This document shows, one piece after another, positions 61,688 through 64,000 of a stretch of DNA of 64,000 bases. The stretch is from Paludibacteraceae bacterium. GTDB taxonomy: Bacteria > Bacteroidota > Bacteroidia > Bacteroidales > Paludibacteraceae. Every line of letters begins with the position of its first letter. The stretch's first letter is position 1. The stretch is taken from assembly GCA_031553005.1 (NCBI GenBank), contig JAVBMA010000008.1, forward strand, positions 78 through 64,077, given 5' to 3'. The position numbers and the translations under genes were made by a program. The notes under the pieces were generated by a model. The model saw nothing but the letters and a program-made list of their open reading frames with translations. It was not told where the DNA came from and searched no databases.

Positions 61688-63097
61688 ATGACAAGAAAAA
61701 AAAAGCAATTGCCTTTAATAGAAAATATTGAAATAACAGACATTGCAAACGAAGGAAAAGCAATTGCAAAGCTGGATAATATGGTCATTTTTACACAATA
61801 TGTTGTTCCGGGAGATGTTGTGGATATACAAGTTACCAAAAAGAAAAACAGCTACATGGAAGGGAAAGTGGTCAAAGTTCACTCTTTTTCCCAAAAAAGA
61901 GAAGTCCCTTTTTGTACTCATTACGGAGTTTGCGGCGGTTGTAAATGGCAAATTCTTCCATATCAGGAACAAATCAATCATAAAGAAAAACAAGTTATCA
62001 ATAACTTAACCCGCATCGGGAAAGTAGATTTGCCGGAAATCACGCCTATTTTGGGTTCCGAAAAAACCGTTTTTTACCGGAATAAACTGGAATTTACATT
62101 TTCCAACAAACGTTGGCTTACCGAAGAGCAGATTAAATCGGGAGAAACATTCGACAATATGAATGCACTCGGGTTTCATATTCCCGGAATGTTTGACAAA
62201 GTATTGGATATCGACAAGTGTTTTCTTCAGGAAGAAATTTCCAACGAGATACGAAATGCAATAAAGTCGTATGCCCTTGAACATGATTTGCCGTTTTTTG
62301 ACATACGGAACCAAGACGGATTATTAAGAAATATCATTATCCGTACATCCAGTACGGGAGAAACTATGTTGATTGTGGTCTTCTACAAAGAAAATAAAAA
62401 GGAGATTGAATCGTTATTAAATTACGTTGCCAACACGTTTCCTCAGATTACATCACTTATCTACATTATCAACGGAAAATGTAATGATACGATTACAGAC
62501 CAGGAAACAATCCTTTTTAAAGGAAGAGATTATATTCTGGAAGAAATGGAGGGATTGAAATTTAAAATAGGTCCAAAATCGTTTTACCAGACTAATAGCA
62601 AGCAAGCATACGAGTTGTATAAAATAACAAGGGACTTTGCGGCATTAACGGGAGAAGAGCTTGTATATGACCTTTATACGGGAACCGGAACAATAGCTTG
62701 CTTTGTAGCCAAACAGGCAAAAAAAGTGATTGGAATTGAGTATGTTCCCGAAGCGATTGAAGATGCAAAAGTCAATGCGGCAAACAACAAACTGGACAAC
62801 ACGCTTTTTTTTGCAGGCGATATGAAAAATATCCTTAATCAGGAATTTATAAACCAATACGGGCGTCCGGATGTTATAATCACCGACCCTCCGCGCGACG
62901 GGATGCATGCCGACGTTGTAGAGACCATTTTATTTGCAGAGCCTCAGCGTATCGTATATGTAAGTTGCAATCCGGCAACACAGGCGCGTGACCTGAATTT
63001 ATTAGATACTAAATATAAAGTAACAGCGGTTCAGCCAGTAGACATGTTTCCGCATACGCACCACGTAGAAAATGTTGTGTTGCTGGAAAGAAAATAG
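61688..63097 (+). CDS. rlmD: 23S rRNA (uracil-5-)-methyltransferase (RumA/RlmD family)
   Basis: 469 aa with a TRAM domain N-terminus, Fe-S Cys cluster (CTHYGVCGGCKWQ), DLYTGTGT SAM motif, DPPR and the catalytic VSCNP. Confidence 0.85.
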   Translation: MTRKKKQLPLIENIEITDIANEGKAIAKLDNMVIFTQYVVPGDVVDIQVTKKKNSYMEGKVVKVHSFSQKREVPFCTHYGVCGGCKWQILPYQEQINHKEKQVINNLTRIGKVDLPEITPILGSEKTVFYRNKLEFTFSNKRWLTEEQIKSGETFDNMNALGFHIPGMFDKVLDIDKCFLQEEISNEIRNAIKSYALEHDLPFFDIRNQDGLLRNIIIRTSSTGETMLIVVFYKENKKEIESLLNYVANTFPQITSLIYIINGKCNDTITDQETILFKGRDYILEEMEGLKFKIGPKSFYQTNSKQAYELYKITRDFAALTGEELVYDLYTGTGTIACFVAKQAKKVIGIEYVPEAIEDAKVNAANNKLDNTLFFAGDMKNILNQEFINQYGRPDVIITDPPRDGMHADVVETILFAEPQRIVYVSCNPATQARDLNLLDTKYKVTAVQPVDMFPHTHHVENVVLLERK

Positions 63098-63200
63098 AGT
63101 TTAGCTAATTGCCGGGATAACTTAAAACTGTCCCGGCAATAAAAAACAAATGCTTATCCGCAATATTACTCTTTAAAAAGAGTAGAAAAAAATATTGTGT

Positions 63201-63358
63201 ATTGTCCCGTTAGGGACGTAATATTGGCAGAAAGGAGAATTTTTTGTCAATCTAAGTCCCGTAGGGACACAATATAAGAAGAAAATATTTTGTCCCTGAC
63301 GGGACAAGGTAAGAAGATGGAACTTTTTCTACCAATATTACGTCCCTAACGGGACAAT
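63201..63358. repeat. N-type composite element with 33-bp terminal inverted repeats
   Basis: ATTGTCCCGTTAGGGACGTAATATTGGCAGAAA (63201-63233) matches the reverse complement of 63326-63358 at 32/33. Internal hairpins are GTCCC-GTA-GGGAC and GTCCC-TGAC-GGGAC. Confidence 0.85.
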
Positions 63359-63404
63359 AACGAACCTTAGGAGTAATAGTTAAAAATAATTACCACTTTT
63401 CTCA

Positions 63405-64000
63405 ATGAAAGTTTACGGAATATTTATCTTTTTCATTGTCCTCATAATCGTTATCCCGGATATATACATTTATCTGAGGTTTATACACAACCGTGTCCGC
63501 AGGTCATTAGGAGCATTGCACTGGGTAATATCCGCCTATTTTATCGTTGTATCCTTATCCATCCTTTTCAAAATCAATACGCTCCTTTCGCCCGAAACCA
63601 GCTATCATTTTATGATTTTCATAACCACCTTAGGGGCTATTTATATTCCGAAATTGATTTTTGTCTCTTTCGACCTCATATTTTTCCTGACAAAAAAACG
63701 ATGGCGAAAAATTCAATATGCAGGTTATGCTTGTGCCATCCTTGCTTTTATCGCCATTGTTTATGCCATTGGCTGGGGAAAATATAATTTCCAAAGGCGG
63801 GAGTTTGTCGTTGAGATAGAAAATCTGCCGGATGCTTTCGACGGATATAAAATAGTTCAAATTAGCGATATGCATTTGGGAAATTTTTCGGAATCCCAAA
63901 GAAGGGTGGCTCCTCTTTTTGATAGGGTTAATAAGGAAAATGCTGACATAATCGTCTTTACCGGCGATATGGTCAATAATTTCGCATCCGAAACGAAAGG
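63405..64000 (+). CDS. Membrane-anchored metallophosphoesterase (partial; 3' end off the right edge)
   Basis: Absent from the ORF track. Translation from ATG 63405 gives MKVYGIFIFFIVLIIV... (4 TM segments), then ISDMHLG and FTGDMVNN, which are calcineurin-like phosphoesterase motifs I and II. Confidence 0.65.
   Translation, partial: MKVYGIFIFFIVLIIVIPDIYIYLRFIHNRVRRSLGALHWVISAYFIVVSLSILFKINTLLSPETSYHFMIFITTLGAIYIPKLIFVSFDLIFFLTKKRWRKIQYAGYACAILAFIAIVYAIGWGKYNFQRREFVVEIENLPDAFDGYKIVQISDMHLGNFSESQRRVAPLFDRVNKENADIIVFTGDMVNNFASETK

Overview
Low-GC chromosomal segment that looks Bacteroidota/Bacteroidales. Supporting marks are TAnnTTTG -7 promoter boxes, the DUF4290-murA and DUF4492-cydAB arrangements, a type III glutamine synthetase and T9SS-type C-terminal domains. 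I call about 54 protein genes: one partial at each edge (neither is in the ORF track) and one disrupted. There are 5 tRNAs (Lys-CTT, Pro-TGG, Gly-GCC, Leu-GAG, Lys-TTT). I see no rRNA, CRISPR, transposase, integrase or phage genes. Most genes are housekeeping: apbE, murA, miaA, GSIII, nfo, rubrerythrin plus a Fur/PerR-like regulator, nspC, ABC-F, panDC, ogt, cydAB and rlmD. Two blocks look accessory. (i) 23.7-30.7 kb holds tandem BspA-type LRR/T9SS cargo genes with a conserved gene-to-gene junction, one disrupted copy, and FISUMP, beta-barrel and lipoprotein genes. (ii) 43.2-53.1 kb is a compact aryl-polyene/flexirubin-like lipid cluster: KS, ACP, two hotdog dehydratases, a thioesterase, an LPLAT acyltransferase, an MMPL-methyltransferase fusion and a CrtI-like oxidoreductase. 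The most unusual content is non-coding. A dispersed family of GTGAAAG heptamer arrays starts at or just after stop codons, in sense orientation, and often supplies the TGA itself. These arrays put stops in all three frames. At two co-directional gene junctions they pair with an inverted copy next to the downstream start codon, including a perfect 31-bp inverted repeat between ndpA and ogt. Several other families are present: period-7/8 stop-rich arrays, hairpins with a conserved apex and covarying stems, MITE-like palindromic elements, a nested insertion, and a direct-repeat pair with an inverted core. All calls come from reading the sequence and the ORF track. No searches or statistics were run.
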